A stretch of DNA of 64,000 nucleotides from a virus (taxonomy: Duplodnaviria; Caudoviricetes). Below the pieces are notes generated by a model. That model was not told where the DNA came from, did not search any database, and worked only from the letters and a program-made list of their open reading frames with translations. Numbering within the stretch: the stretch's first letter is position 1; every line of letters starts with the position of its first letter. Made by a program: the position numbers and the translations under genes. The stretch covers positions 96,001 to 160,000 of the IMG/VR virus record IMGVR_UViG_3300031867_000001; one strand, given 5' to 3'. Below, one piece after another: positions 1 through 11,100 of this stretch.

Positions 1-76
1 TATTGATTCGATAATAACTCTCGACAAGAATCTTTGCGAATGGATCCATTCGTTCAAACTCTTTTGAAATATACAT
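1..76 (-). CDS. Hypothetical protein, 5' part only (runs off the window start)
   Basis: Minus strand: SD AAAGGGAGG, then ATG at 76 and an open frame MYISKEFERMDPFAKILVESYYRIN to the window edge; directly follows the 99-680 gene. Confidence 0.6.
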   Translation of the reverse strand, partial: MYISKEFERMDPFAKILVESYYRIN

Positions 77-98
77 TTACATAGTTCCTCCCTTTATG

Positions 99-680
99 TT
101 ATACTTCTCTGAATTCACATGTGATGATATGACCAACCATATTCACCAGGCGTGTGATTGTTGTAATAGACACAACCAATGAATCATGATCTGCAGTCTG
201 TTGGTACTTCAAAGTGAATTGTGCAACATTATTCGAGATGGTTTGTTTCAATACTTTCGACATATCTTTACGAATCATCTCTGGGGTGATCTTGAAATAC
301 TCAATGACATATTCGTACAACCGATTGAATGTGGGGTTGGCTGTTTTGTACACCCATTCTTCAATCACATCAGACATATCCGGTGTGAATAATGTGATAA
401 CACATGCGATGTTCGGTTGTTTGGCTTGTACTGTCTTAAGCAGTTCCCCAAGTTTTGATTGTGACATTGTATTGGTTGATGAATTCAACATTGTCACGAA
501 TTGATCATTGAGAGATGTTTTGTGAATCACATCTGTCTCAACTGCTTTACAGAATGCAGACATGATGATATCACACGCACATTTCTTGGACGTGTCTATG
601 ATGATATTTTCACTCACCATATCCTTTAAGTGTTGGATGGCGGATGGAGCCATCAATGCTCTTGCTTCTTCAAGTGTCAT
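99..680 (-). CDS. Hypothetical phage protein (~193 aa)
   Basis: ORF track 99..698; the ATG at 680 (MTLEEAR) is preceded by SD AAGGGAG. No recognisable motif. Confidence 0.75.
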   Translation of the reverse strand: MTLEEARALMAPSAIQHLKDMVSENIIIDTSKKCACDIIMSAFCKAVETDVIHKTSLNDQFVTMLNSSTNTMSQSKLGELLKTVQAKQPNIACVITLFTPDMSDVIEEWVYKTANPTFNRLYEYVIEYFKITPEMIRKDMSKVLKQTISNNVAQFTLKYQQTADHDSLVVSITTITRLVNMVGHIITCEFREV

Positions 681-748
681 ATAAAATACTCCCTTCAAAA
701 TATATTCATATGTTTAAACCCATGAATGGGATTACACTGGTAATTAAT

Positions 749-947
749 CCAATTTGAACATTGTGATGAGTTTGCGGTTGTTTGGTCGGAAGTAGCAGCT
801 TCCGTATTTATTTGATTTTAATTATTTGCGATTATTCGCAAATAATGATACTGCCAGTAGTATCCGGAATATAAATTTCTTCCATGAAATATCACTTCCT
901 TTCACACGGAGAATTCCACTCCGTCAATTTCACAATGTTCAAATTGG
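749..947 (-). ncRNA. Candidate structured RNA or structured 5' leader with an 18-bp closing stem and five internal hairpins
   Basis: CCAATTTGAACATTGTGA (749-766) is the exact reverse complement of 930-947. Internal stems: ACGGAG/CTCCGT, ATTTC/GAAAT, GATACT/AGTATC, ATTATTTGCGA/TCGCAAATAAT, CGGAAG/CTTCCG. Lies just downstream of an early-promoter-like motif. Confidence 0.6.
832..885 (-). CDS. 17-aa small ORF MEEIYIPDTTGSIIICE inside the structured RNA
   Basis: ATG 885 to TAA 832, preceded by GAAAGGAAGTGA, the same SD type as the gene starting at 23879 (AAGGAAGTGA). Confidence 0.45.
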   Translation of the reverse strand: MEEIYIPDTTGSIIICE

Positions 948-977
948 TTGATATAAATGTGAAGATACACCCACTTA

Positions 978-1002
978 TACCAAATTAATTATATATTTAT
1001 TT
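978..1002 (-). promoter_or_regulatory. Putative phage early promoter (variant of AAATATATATAATTAATATGRTA)
   Basis: + strand TACCAAATTAATTATATATTTATTT matches the motif at 13462, 48503, 55514 and 62338; intergenic, just after a terminator hairpin. Confidence 0.6.
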
Positions 1003-1015
1003 AAATAGAAATTTA

Positions 1016-1038
1016 ATCGGGGGCTTAAAGCCCCCGAT
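1016..1038. terminator. GC-rich hairpin terminator
   Basis: ATCGGGGGCTT-A-AAGCCCCCGAT, immediately after the stop of the 2347-aa gene. Confidence 0.75.
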
Positions 1039-1043
1039 ATAAA

Positions 1044-4000
1044 TCATAATAATTGAATTGGTTCGTAATTATTGAATGTTACATGAACATACAATTTCCG
1101 ACATGTTTCTGGTATATGGATTCTTACTCCTGTACGAATACATGGAATGATGAATTTTGTCCTACTGATATTGGATATATCTCCTGCAATAGAATCAGAC
1201 AGATACAACATGACGTATTTCTTATAAGACCCAGTTAAGAATACATCAAATTCACCATTTGTATTCTTCGTATAATGGATTCTGATATATTCATTAATCG
1301 GAATGAATGTATCGTCTTTATGTGTCATTGGGAATGTTGGATCTGTTAATATCTCATATCTGTATGCATGGTCATAAATATGAATCATATCTTCAATTGG
1401 CATTTCAGATAAACCAATATCATCGGAAGTTGGATGATACAACTTCATGTCATTGATGGTTGGTACATGATTGAAATCGTTGTAATTTGTTGATGTTACT
1501 TCATTTGAGAGAATTGTATCTAAGATATCATCTTCCAAATCTTGATTGTTTGGATCTGGGACAAACATCTTAGAGTAATTCTGTAATGTGGTATGTTGGT
1601 ATGGATACATATTGAATGTATATTGAATGTTTTGAGAAATGATCATGTGTTGTAATGCTTCTTCATAATTTGCATATACCGATCCATCGTTTGCAACATA
1701 TACTGTATTTGTATTCATCAACAATGTATCACCAAAATCATCAACAAGTTCAATCAGTTCAAAGTTCTTCAATGATGTTAAACCGATCAATTGGAATGAA
1801 CTTGGAGAAAGAATAATGAGATGTTCTGTGTCTTTGATTTGTCTACCATTTACCCAGAATTCATATCTTGTACGAGACAATGGTGTTGGAATATATCCCG
1901 TTACATCAATGAATCCATCTGCTGGAATACGTGATGCAAAGTAACGACATACATGCAAATGATTGGACTTAATCAGTTTGATATTTGGATTGATGGATTG
2001 ATCGATTGTCAAACGTGTTTGAACTGTATTGTTATCCCGCATTGTTGAAATTGGATAACGATATTTAGATGAAGTATTGTAATAATACTCATACGGATTA
2101 TTTACGTTTGAATTGTCAGATTTCATTGTGTCAACGATTGCTCGATTGTATGTTGTATCGAAATCAACCGTTATGATTCCGGATTGTGCAAACTGTATCG
2201 TTGGTTGTAAGATGAATTCATCCGATGGTAAAACATGATGTGGATCCGTGATTTGAATCCATTGTTTGGTAGAACTCATGATATCAACCGAAGATGTTGT
2301 GATATTGATTGTAACCAAACCACCATTACATGAATAACGATGATTGTGGACAACCGTCGTGATATAAGAACCACTGACACTACTTGCCAAAGAAGACTTT
2401 GTAATTGTGATGGTACCGTCACTATTTGTTTTACCAACGAATGTGACATTGGATATATTACCATTGAATCTTCTGGAATCGGGTATTGTGTTTTGTAAAC
2501 AAATCAACGTAATGGTTTCATTTGGTTTGAAATCATTGATTGGTTGATTGATTGTGGTTTCGAATGTTTGTTGTGGTAAACCAACATTGGACATTGAACC
2601 AACAAATGGATTCTTGACGAATAATTTGAATTTGGTATAATCATACGTGGAATTGTTTTGTTTCACAACAATGTCTTTATATCGGACGACCGGTGTGTAT
2701 GGTAACCGTCCACTGTGATGATTGTTTCTGTTAATATAAATGCAATCATCTGTGAATGTCTTATATGGTTTAATGTCATTCTGCAACATGGAGTATGATT
2801 CACCGGAGTCAATATGTTTGCGAATGTAAACGTACTTGTACAAATCATCTTCATGTTGTTTGGATTGGTCAATTGTCAATAATGGTTTGAAACGTACTTT
2901 ACACAATGGCGAATGATCGGGTATGACATTGAAGTATGTTTTATTGTAATAACCCATATAAATCAATATCATGTTAGAATCTGGGAATCCAGATTTTTTC
3001 ATAATTACCAAGAATCTTAATGTGTCTGGAGCTGTGAAGTCATAATCATTGTCATACTTGTAATGTGGATCAATTGATACATATGTTGCATATAACGATG
3101 GGTCAATCCATTCTTTGTGTTCCCAGTCATATAAGAAAATCTGGGTATATGGAACGTCCTTGATTGATGGTTGATATGTGGATGTGACTTGTTGTGCACG
3201 TCCATTCTCGATATAACCCATTGCTGCATCATACGAATCAACATTGTACCACGTTGTCGGATGTTCCTGTTCATCGATATATGATTGCAAACGATAAATG
3301 GTTTCTCGTGTTTCTTTTTGCTTCAACAGATAATTCTCCATTTGTCTGGAATAAATGTCTTTGTCATAATTCGTCGCTTCTGGATCGTTACGTTTGATCA
3401 ATGCTTGTTTATACAATACTTGATATTGATTTAACAATGGAACATATTTTGTATCGATTAAGTCTTGGAAGATACGACGTTCTTCTTTCCAAACATAATG
3501 ATCATTTGGTTCATCACGCAGTATCGGATATTGTTCCGACAATGTTAATGTTGTCCAATTGTGATTGATACAAGTCACATCAATCTGATCATGGAATGAT
3601 GTGTGGTTTACAATCTTATCGTATCCAAGATATTTAAAGTTCCACTTCTTATGTTCATCGTCGATAAATCGATTCTTAACATCTTCGGGGAATAATGCAT
3701 GAAGTCTGGTATAAATGTATTCCGCATTATTCTGAACGAATATTGGATCACCTGGGACGGATAAGTATCCATCTAAATCTTCATCCGAAAATTCAATATT
3801 GTAATTGAAGTTTGGATTGTAGAACGTTCGGTAATCACCATTGTATTCATCCAACAAATTACTCAAATTATCATCCAATACAGTACATTCAATCTCGGAT
3901 GTTAAGAACGTTTCTGCTTCATCAAAGTCGTCAATTGGTAACCACTTTGCATCACGTTCATTGACAACCGCTTCCATCATACCATGCGCTTGTGAATGAT

Positions 4001-7000
4001 CAATGGACGTAACAGTTGCTGGGAATACATATTCTGGATGTGATGTTGGTGATAGATATACGGTTTGACCAACAGTCATTCTACCTTTAATGGAAATAGC
4101 ATCTTTATCCACAGCACCAATATCAACATGCATAACTTGCGATGGTTTAAACAACAATTGTGGTTTATGTGTTTTTGAATAATCTTTCAAAATCAACATA
4201 TTCAACTTCTCGTTGTTTATGGTAATTGCATCATTGGAATTCTGCAACATGGTTTTTGGATTCAATGTCAATTCATTATGCTTATCCAATACCATGAAAT
4301 GATTTGCAACCAACAATTCGTAATTGGTTTCGGTATGTTTTTCATTTGCGGGGACTTTACCCGGAGTTGGAAGTGTGTCTTCATGAGTATTTGAAAAACG
4401 AACAGTTGTGTTTGTTGCAGACGGTAACAATCTGACATCATCCAATGCACATGCAGTTGATGATACACGTTCAAAATTAACTGTGATATCAGATAACAAA
4501 CGAACATATTGTCCCGTCGTATCATATACACGGAATTGACAACCTGTGATTGGAGTTCCATCAAAGAACAAATATTCACATGGTTTTCTGACATCTTTCA
4601 AATACCACAGATGTGCACCGGTTTGACCAACAACTGGTACAAATGTGATATCAATTGTATCACCAAAAGTATCTGATGAATTTGGATTGATGAAGTGTGC
4701 ATCTTTCGTTGCAGTCCAAACAACATATCCCAATTCATGTGCGGTTGATGCACCAAAGTCAATACCAGTGATTTCCGATATTGCATACAAATCATGAACA
4801 TGATTTCGAATTGCATCTACACAATACTCTTCCAATTGCAATAAGTAATTGTTTTCGGTATTGCGTAATGTTCTGACTGCCAACTCATATTCGGGGATTT
4901 TATCCTCTAATATTTCTTTTGTTGCAAGTAAGAAATTACGTGCACGTGCAAATGTATGATTGTACTCGGGCAATATTTGCATATTGTAATCTGTTGATGC
5001 ATGATACAATTCCAGCTGTAAGAATTTGGAATCATACATGGATTGATCCAACCATTTCTTGTATTTGTAATCATTCTTCTTATGATTGATTTCTTTGAAA
5101 TGATTGTATAATCCTTTCACACGATACTGTGTGTTTTCATAATAACCACTGGATCGATATGTGGTTCGGATGGTTGTGGAGAACCAGTTTGCTTGTTGAC
5201 GAACATACTTCTGTTTGGAATTCTTTCCACCATAGAATGAATTACTCTTTACACACTCTTGGGTTGTTGTGTACAAGTTATCCATAATATCATCATATGG
5301 GAAATTGTTTACAATGTAATTATATTCTTCACGCAAATTGGATTGCATGTATAATTCCAAACCATCATAATATGTTTTCAATTCTTGTAATGCATCATTG
5401 ATATCCTTTTTCGCTTGTAAGTATTCGATGGATTGATCGAATGCATGTTTGTAATTCGTCAAGATATAACTCATATGATCACGAACACATGATATGAACT
5501 TTGTAATCATTCGAGCAAAGTTTGGAATATAATACCACCCCGTATTTGCATACGAAGATGTTTGCTTTACCCAGTATCGCATATCCAGTGAAGTCTTTCT
5601 GGTATCGATCAAATAATGATTCTGATCTTCGTCTTTCGAATAAATACATTGTGCAATCCAATAATACACATCCGATTTCGCAATGGTTTTATTATAGAAT
5701 ATGAATGGTAATCCATCATAGAACTTGTACATTTGATCCGTTCTGTAATTGGATTCTGTTTCACTGAATACGGTGGAAGCACGTGTTGCTCCCGTGAAGT
5801 TTGCATAATCGAAATGTTTTGTTTCCAAATATTTTGATAAGTTGTAATCAATATAACGCGGGCTGTAAGTGCGGTTGGTTAATGTTCGATAGAAGTATGA
5901 TTGTAACAGATCCTTACCATTGTTCAACAATCTAAGTGTATAGAATATGAAGTTCAATAAGAACGGAGCTGCTTCCGAATGTTCGTTATATGTATCAATA
6001 TTATATTGCGTCATGTTTGGTGTTGCATATGCGATTTCCGATTCATATTGATCAATCAATTCATATGCATCCAACTTTCGTTTCAATATCTTGGATAACA
6101 AATTAACGACTGTTTCATTATCATATTTACCAAACATCAATTTGGATAACTTCATCAGCTTGTTTTCGACATGCCAATATCGAATGAATCCAGCATGTTT
6201 TTCAACTTCTGTCATGAATCTGTCATAATCCAAAACAACATCTTCTTCAAATTCATCATCCACATTCTTTTCATATGGATTTTCCGTATCAGAATACAAT
6301 ACAAAGAATTTGAATATTTCATCACCATTCAAATTGTCTTCGATATAGAATGTATTACCAATACCATGGAAGTGTTTGATGGTTGGATATGCAAACAACC
6401 ATGATCTGTGTTCACGTGAATATTTCAATGTGATGAAACATTGTTCGGATACATTTCGATTGTACCGGTGTGATGTTGGTGTATCTTCATAGAATTGCTT
6501 GTTAATATCATGCAAATCTCGGAAGTTCATAAATGTTTCATTATCATAGAATGGTGCAGAAACCGTAATTGCAAACTTCTCATAATACAGCATGTAGAAT
6601 TCATCTACAACATATTTGCGGTAATTTTCAAATTGGTCTTCACGCAAATGACCGAATCTGAATAATGCATTCATGAAATTTGTAAACTTCTGTAATGCAT
6701 CTTCATTAAACATTCCCGTCAACATACTTCCAATCGAATATGATATGAAGTATGGTCGTAATGCGGAATGCATTTCTTGCAAGTCTGGCTGTAAATTTGT
6801 TCTATAGGAATCATATGAAGACAAATATGTTGTTGCTTTATTCAATGCAAAATTCAACTTCCGAATGGCTGTATCTTTATACTGCATCAGAATATTTCTG
6901 CAATAACAACAATTGATGATATCTTCAAATCTGGTATCATATTCTCGATCGATACAGATTGGTGGTGTACACTTCTCCATGTATCCTTCTTGAATAAATC

Positions 7001-8087
7001 CAGTGGTAACAATCTTTCGATTGAATCTACCTTCGATCTGATTTCCTTTATCAGTATAAACATCTGAAGAACGAACCAAATCCATGTAGTTGGCAGCTGG
7101 ATAAATGCTATTGATTTCTTGCAAGAACTTGGGAACGTATATGATGATTTCACACTTATCCGTTCCTGCTTGTTTGACTTGATCAAATGTCTTTGTTTGT
7201 GGATGTGCAATTGTGATTCTACCATCTCTGGTAATTGAACCAAAGTTTGGTATGGTTGGAACGCTCGGATATCCAAGTGGATGGATATCTATCACACAAT
7301 GTTTCCATGCAGCACGTTTGATTTCTTGTTTACGTTCACCCAATACGATGTTTGGAATTGAAATATAACCGTCATCTTCATCTGTATACATTGTGATTTG
7401 ACCAAGTGTCAATACGCCTTTTGCGACAAGACAGTCGTCCAGTTTGTATATAATCAATTCCGGATCATATGAACCGGTATATCCAATCTTGAAGATCAAA
7501 CCATGATCGTCAAATCCGATTTTAACATCATGCCAAATCATACCATTCAAAGATACGATAAATGCACATTTCAAAATCTTGGTATATTCCGATAATGTAA
7601 ATTCATCCAATGACAAACAATTATCGTCATCCGTATGATGTACATCATGGAACTTTTGACGAATGAATTCGTCTCGTTCTCCACCAAATCTCAATTGATC
7701 AAAGGGAATATCGACCACGTAATATTTTCCCTTTGAATACAACTTTGTCATGGTGGTTGTATGATACACAATTGCTCGTGTATTCACAAGCATTCTACTC
7801 ATGGATTGACGAATAGAATGCTCGTATGTATCAATCAATGATTCATTGATATCTTCAAATGTATATCCAGATGCATTCATCAATGATAACATCTGTTCAA
7901 AGCCATAAGTATTTCCGACAACCTGGTATGGTTGTTGTACCAGAATATCTGAATCGATATTGATTAAACGCTGTAAACGTTCTTGAACATTTCTCCAGTT
8001 GGTATCATTATAAGAATCCAATCCATCACGGTTTCCCATTAAGTATTGATGAAACTTATAAAACCATTCATTGTAATTAATTTTCAA
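1044..8087 (-). CDS. Very large (2347 aa) probable virion structural protein (tail/baseplate class)
   Basis: Long ORF, TTG start after SD AAGGAG, late-promoter-like motif upstream, aromatic/Asn/Asp-rich with a beta-rich C-terminus. The function is inferred from context only. Confidence 0.6.
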   Translation of the reverse strand: MKINYNEWFYKFHQYLMGNRDGLDSYNDTNWRNVQERLQRLINIDSDILVQQPYQVVGNTYGFEQMLSLMNASGYTFEDINESLIDTYEHSIRQSMSRMLVNTRAIVYHTTTMTKLYSKGKYYVVDIPFDQLRFGGERDEFIRQKFHDVHHTDDDNCLSLDEFTLSEYTKILKCAFIVSLNGMIWHDVKIGFDDHGLIFKIGYTGSYDPELIIYKLDDCLVAKGVLTLGQITMYTDEDDGYISIPNIVLGERKQEIKRAAWKHCVIDIHPLGYPSVPTIPNFGSITRDGRITIAHPQTKTFDQVKQAGTDKCEIIIYVPKFLQEINSIYPAANYMDLVRSSDVYTDKGNQIEGRFNRKIVTTGFIQEGYMEKCTPPICIDREYDTRFEDIINCCYCRNILMQYKDTAIRKLNFALNKATTYLSSYDSYRTNLQPDLQEMHSALRPYFISYSIGSMLTGMFNEDALQKFTNFMNALFRFGHLREDQFENYRKYVVDEFYMLYYEKFAITVSAPFYDNETFMNFRDLHDINKQFYEDTPTSHRYNRNVSEQCFITLKYSREHRSWLFAYPTIKHFHGIGNTFYIEDNLNGDEIFKFFVLYSDTENPYEKNVDDEFEEDVVLDYDRFMTEVEKHAGFIRYWHVENKLMKLSKLMFGKYDNETVVNLLSKILKRKLDAYELIDQYESEIAYATPNMTQYNIDTYNEHSEAAPFLLNFIFYTLRLLNNGKDLLQSYFYRTLTNRTYSPRYIDYNLSKYLETKHFDYANFTGATRASTVFSETESNYRTDQMYKFYDGLPFIFYNKTIAKSDVYYWIAQCIYSKDEDQNHYLIDTRKTSLDMRYWVKQTSSYANTGWYYIPNFARMITKFISCVRDHMSYILTNYKHAFDQSIEYLQAKKDINDALQELKTYYDGLELYMQSNLREEYNYIVNNFPYDDIMDNLYTTTQECVKSNSFYGGKNSKQKYVRQQANWFSTTIRTTYRSSGYYENTQYRVKGLYNHFKEINHKKNDYKYKKWLDQSMYDSKFLQLELYHASTDYNMQILPEYNHTFARARNFLLATKEILEDKIPEYELAVRTLRNTENNYLLQLEEYCVDAIRNHVHDLYAISEITGIDFGASTAHELGYVVWTATKDAHFINPNSSDTFGDTIDITFVPVVGQTGAHLWYLKDVRKPCEYLFFDGTPITGCQFRVYDTTGQYVRLLSDITVNFERVSSTACALDDVRLLPSATNTTVRFSNTHEDTLPTPGKVPANEKHTETNYELLVANHFMVLDKHNELTLNPKTMLQNSNDAITINNEKLNMLILKDYSKTHKPQLLFKPSQVMHVDIGAVDKDAISIKGRMTVGQTVYLSPTSHPEYVFPATVTSIDHSQAHGMMEAVVNERDAKWLPIDDFDEAETFLTSEIECTVLDDNLSNLLDEYNGDYRTFYNPNFNYNIEFSDEDLDGYLSVPGDPIFVQNNAEYIYTRLHALFPEDVKNRFIDDEHKKWNFKYLGYDKIVNHTSFHDQIDVTCINHNWTTLTLSEQYPILRDEPNDHYVWKEERRIFQDLIDTKYVPLLNQYQVLYKQALIKRNDPEATNYDKDIYSRQMENYLLKQKETRETIYRLQSYIDEQEHPTTWYNVDSYDAAMGYIENGRAQQVTSTYQPSIKDVPYTQIFLYDWEHKEWIDPSLYATYVSIDPHYKYDNDYDFTAPDTLRFLVIMKKSGFPDSNMILIYMGYYNKTYFNVIPDHSPLCKVRFKPLLTIDQSKQHEDDLYKYVYIRKHIDSGESYSMLQNDIKPYKTFTDDCIYINRNNHHSGRLPYTPVVRYKDIVVKQNNSTYDYTKFKLFVKNPFVGSMSNVGLPQQTFETTINQPINDFKPNETITLICLQNTIPDSRRFNGNISNVTFVGKTNSDGTITITKSSLASSVSGSYITTVVHNHRYSCNGGLVTINITTSSVDIMSSTKQWIQITDPHHVLPSDEFILQPTIQFAQSGIITVDFDTTYNRAIVDTMKSDNSNVNNPYEYYYNTSSKYRYPISTMRDNNTVQTRLTIDQSINPNIKLIKSNHLHVCRYFASRIPADGFIDVTGYIPTPLSRTRYEFWVNGRQIKDTEHLIILSPSSFQLIGLTSLKNFELIELVDDFGDTLLMNTNTVYVANDGSVYANYEEALQHMIISQNIQYTFNMYPYQHTTLQNYSKMFVPDPNNQDLEDDILDTILSNEVTSTNYNDFNHVPTINDMKLYHPTSDDIGLSEMPIEDMIHIYDHAYRYEILTDPTFPMTHKDDTFIPINEYIRIHYTKNTNGEFDVFLTGSYKKYVMLYLSDSIAGDISNISRTKFIIPCIRTGVRIHIPETCRKLYVHVTFNNYEPIQLL

Positions 8088-8117
8088 AAGAATTCATCTC
8101 CTTGTAAATGAAATGCT

Positions 8118-8129
8118 TACCCAACCGTT
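8118..8129 (-). promoter_or_regulatory. Putative late promoter AACG-N6-TA
   Basis: Minus strand AACG-GTTGGG-TA, between a terminator and the SD of the 2347-aa gene. Confidence 0.6.
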
Positions 8130-8152
8130 TTCTATTATTTTCAAAATGAATA

Positions 8153-8173
8153 TGCCCCGCACGAAGCGGGGCA
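8153..8173. terminator. GC-rich hairpin terminator
   Basis: TGCCCCGC-ACGAA-GCGGGGCA, directly after the RNAP beta stop. Confidence 0.75.
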
Positions 8174-8179
8174 CATCTA

Positions 8180-11100
8180 TTAACTATTTTCCCAAAGATC
8201 TTTTACCTGCCTTTTCAAATTCACAAGTACCTTGTTACCGGCTGCTGTGACAACAACAGACGGCACCATACGTTTCAGAATAGAAGATGGTGCTTGGAAT
8301 ACAGATATCTCTTCATCAGGTGTTGATTCTGCATATGGTTCCAAACCCTCTGGAATAACTTCTGAACAAATCTGTTTCATACAAGAGTAGTTCGTCAGTT
8401 TATCTCCAACGGACATATCATCTTCATGTTCGATATACACTTCAATCAATACATCTGTATTGATACCCTTCAAAGATGGAGTCTTCAATGGTTCTGTTGG
8501 TAATGAGAATAATGTATCCAACTTATATACTGCATTGGATTTATCATATTTATCTAATATCTTACGCTTCTTCTTATTTGCTGTGAAGTAACCGTTTAAG
8601 ATATTATATAAGGATGGAGATAATTTGTCCATAGCTTTGTTGGTATACATTCTGACATCAACAATGGTTCCTGCATGTTTTGCATCAATTGTTCGTTTGA
8701 ATGATTCTTCATCTCCACCAAATGCACGTAAGAAGTTATCGACAGATTTATCACCAGTATTACCAAGTCCAAATACCAATAATGGATCTCCGATTTCAAC
8801 CTCATCACCTACATGAACAATCTTCTCAATATCTTCGGTACAATCCAACTTGATGATTTCGCACATTGTGACTTTGGTTGCAAGACGTTTACTCATCTTA
8901 GTCGTCATAACTCCAGAGTCTTCATATGTGGAATAACAACCCATGAATGCAACCTTTGCAAGTGGTCCAACATTCATTCGGACTTGACCAGTAGAGTCTT
9001 TGGAGAAGAACTTCTCATGATATGCCAATATCTCACCACGTTTAAACTTATCACCAGCTTGATAGTTTGGTGTTAATTTATTATCAACATAGAATCCACC
9101 ACCATCATTGAATGCATACTTATGGTCGATGTTAATGGCTTTCTTCTTACCGGATTTATATTGCACGATCATGTATCCTTCATTCAACTCAATGACTGTT
9201 CCATCTTCTTCAGCCATAACCGAGAATTGTTCAGTTAAGTAAGCCGGGACGATTTCGTCCATACCATTTGAAATCAATACAGGTTGTGCATCAGCGGTTG
9301 ATACCGTATGTGAAGTTTGTGATGTACCAATTGCCGTACGGATTGCATCGTCACGAGATACAGATCCAGGTGTTAACAATTCAGAGAATGATGCCAATTG
9401 TAAGTCATCATAATTTGCATCAATTCCATCCGTTGATGTATATCCACGTACAGATTCAATCTTTGGATCAGCAACCAGCTGTCGTGCAATACCGACATTA
9501 CCACTGTTTGGAGAAGATATTGCCAATTTACCAACCATAGAATCTTCAAAGGAACGGCGTGCTTCCGTATATGCTCGATCATTATTTACACCACGGAATC
9601 CTTTTTTGGATATGGTTTCTCGTGCATGTAATTCAACCATTGGATTCAATGCCGTTAAACATTTGATTGTTTGTGTATCAGTTAATTCTTTCATGATACA
9701 ATTTGGATTGAATTGTAATTTATTTGCACGAGCACGTGAACCAGTTCTGTTGTTGAAATTAGACATTGCAACAGCCAAGTGATAATGGATCATTGCGGGA
9801 ATAATTTCAGAAGAACGAACACGATACAACGCGGCATTATTCTCAGACATTGCCGAATTATCAACCAACAGATTGGATGAATAAATCAACAAACCAATCA
9901 ATGTGTTTGGTAAGTTATAATGATTACATACATCATGTGTGATTGCATCCATAAAGAAGTTGTAATAGGTGATGAATGTTGTCAATTGAGAATATTGTGT
10001 AAAGAACAACTGGTTGAAGATATCAACATATATGGAATTCGATTCCATAATTGGTGTTTCAAATTCTTCGATATTGTATGCTTTTGTATTGATTCGATAT
10101 AATCCATTGAACAATAACTGATTGCCGATTGTGTTTTCAATGGCAATGGCTTTGTCCTTGAAGTTGAATACAATGTAATGTGGATCACGGAATCTTTGAT
10201 CAACGATCTTGTATTTACAATTGGAATTCTTTAATAAAGAATTTAAACCTTCCCATGCACAGATTGCAACACCAAGTGGAACTGTATTACCAATCTTGAT
10301 GGTAGAATACATTGATGTTTTACCCGGTTTGGTTTTGATGTATGCTTGTTGAACATCTGGAGGTAACATCTGTAAGATGGTTTCTGTTATGGTAATACCT
10401 TGACGGGTTAATCCCGTTTCTGTATTAACAATGACTGGTACTTTGTTAATCATACCACAACAGAATTCATTTGCATTTACAGCAACGAATTGCCACATCT
10501 TCAAACATTCATTTCGATTGAATACAATTTCACAATCTTGTTCACGGTTGGTGAATGAATACCAAACCTTTGCATATTCATCATACTCGATTGTGGAGAT
10601 GTAATGTGCATTGGAATTAACCGAAGAACCGGGTTTGATGTATCGATTCTTACCATTTGCATCTTCCAATTTATTCACAGTCTTTAACATTGCCGATACA
10701 TCAACAAGTGACTTTGTATCATATCGAGCAACTGTGATCTTGTTGTAATTGGAAGTAATCATAACGGTTTTTGGATCAATCTTTAAAACAGGAATTGGGA
10801 ATTCTTGCTTATCAATGGAATACCATGTTCCGTTGTAATAGTATCGACCATTCAACATCTTCGGTACGACAATATTCACAGTAGATGTCAATCCAGATTG
10901 TTTGTTCTTTAACGACACTTTCCAGTTGTTTAACATAGAAACACATGTGGAAATATCGGTTACTTCAACATTCGTGACGTAGAATCCATCTGATGGTTTT
11001 GATAATGTCATTAATGTTGCGACAATATCTCGATCCATCAATTTGTCTTCATATTCTTTTGCAATGTTTGTAAATCCAGTTGCACGTAATGCAGGACGGG

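Noticed and set aside
749-947. Retron msr-msd or tmRNA interpretation of the structured region
   Set aside because: No reverse transcriptase in the window and no tRNA-like acceptor/T-arm or tag-type peptide end; only the general structured-RNA claim is kept.
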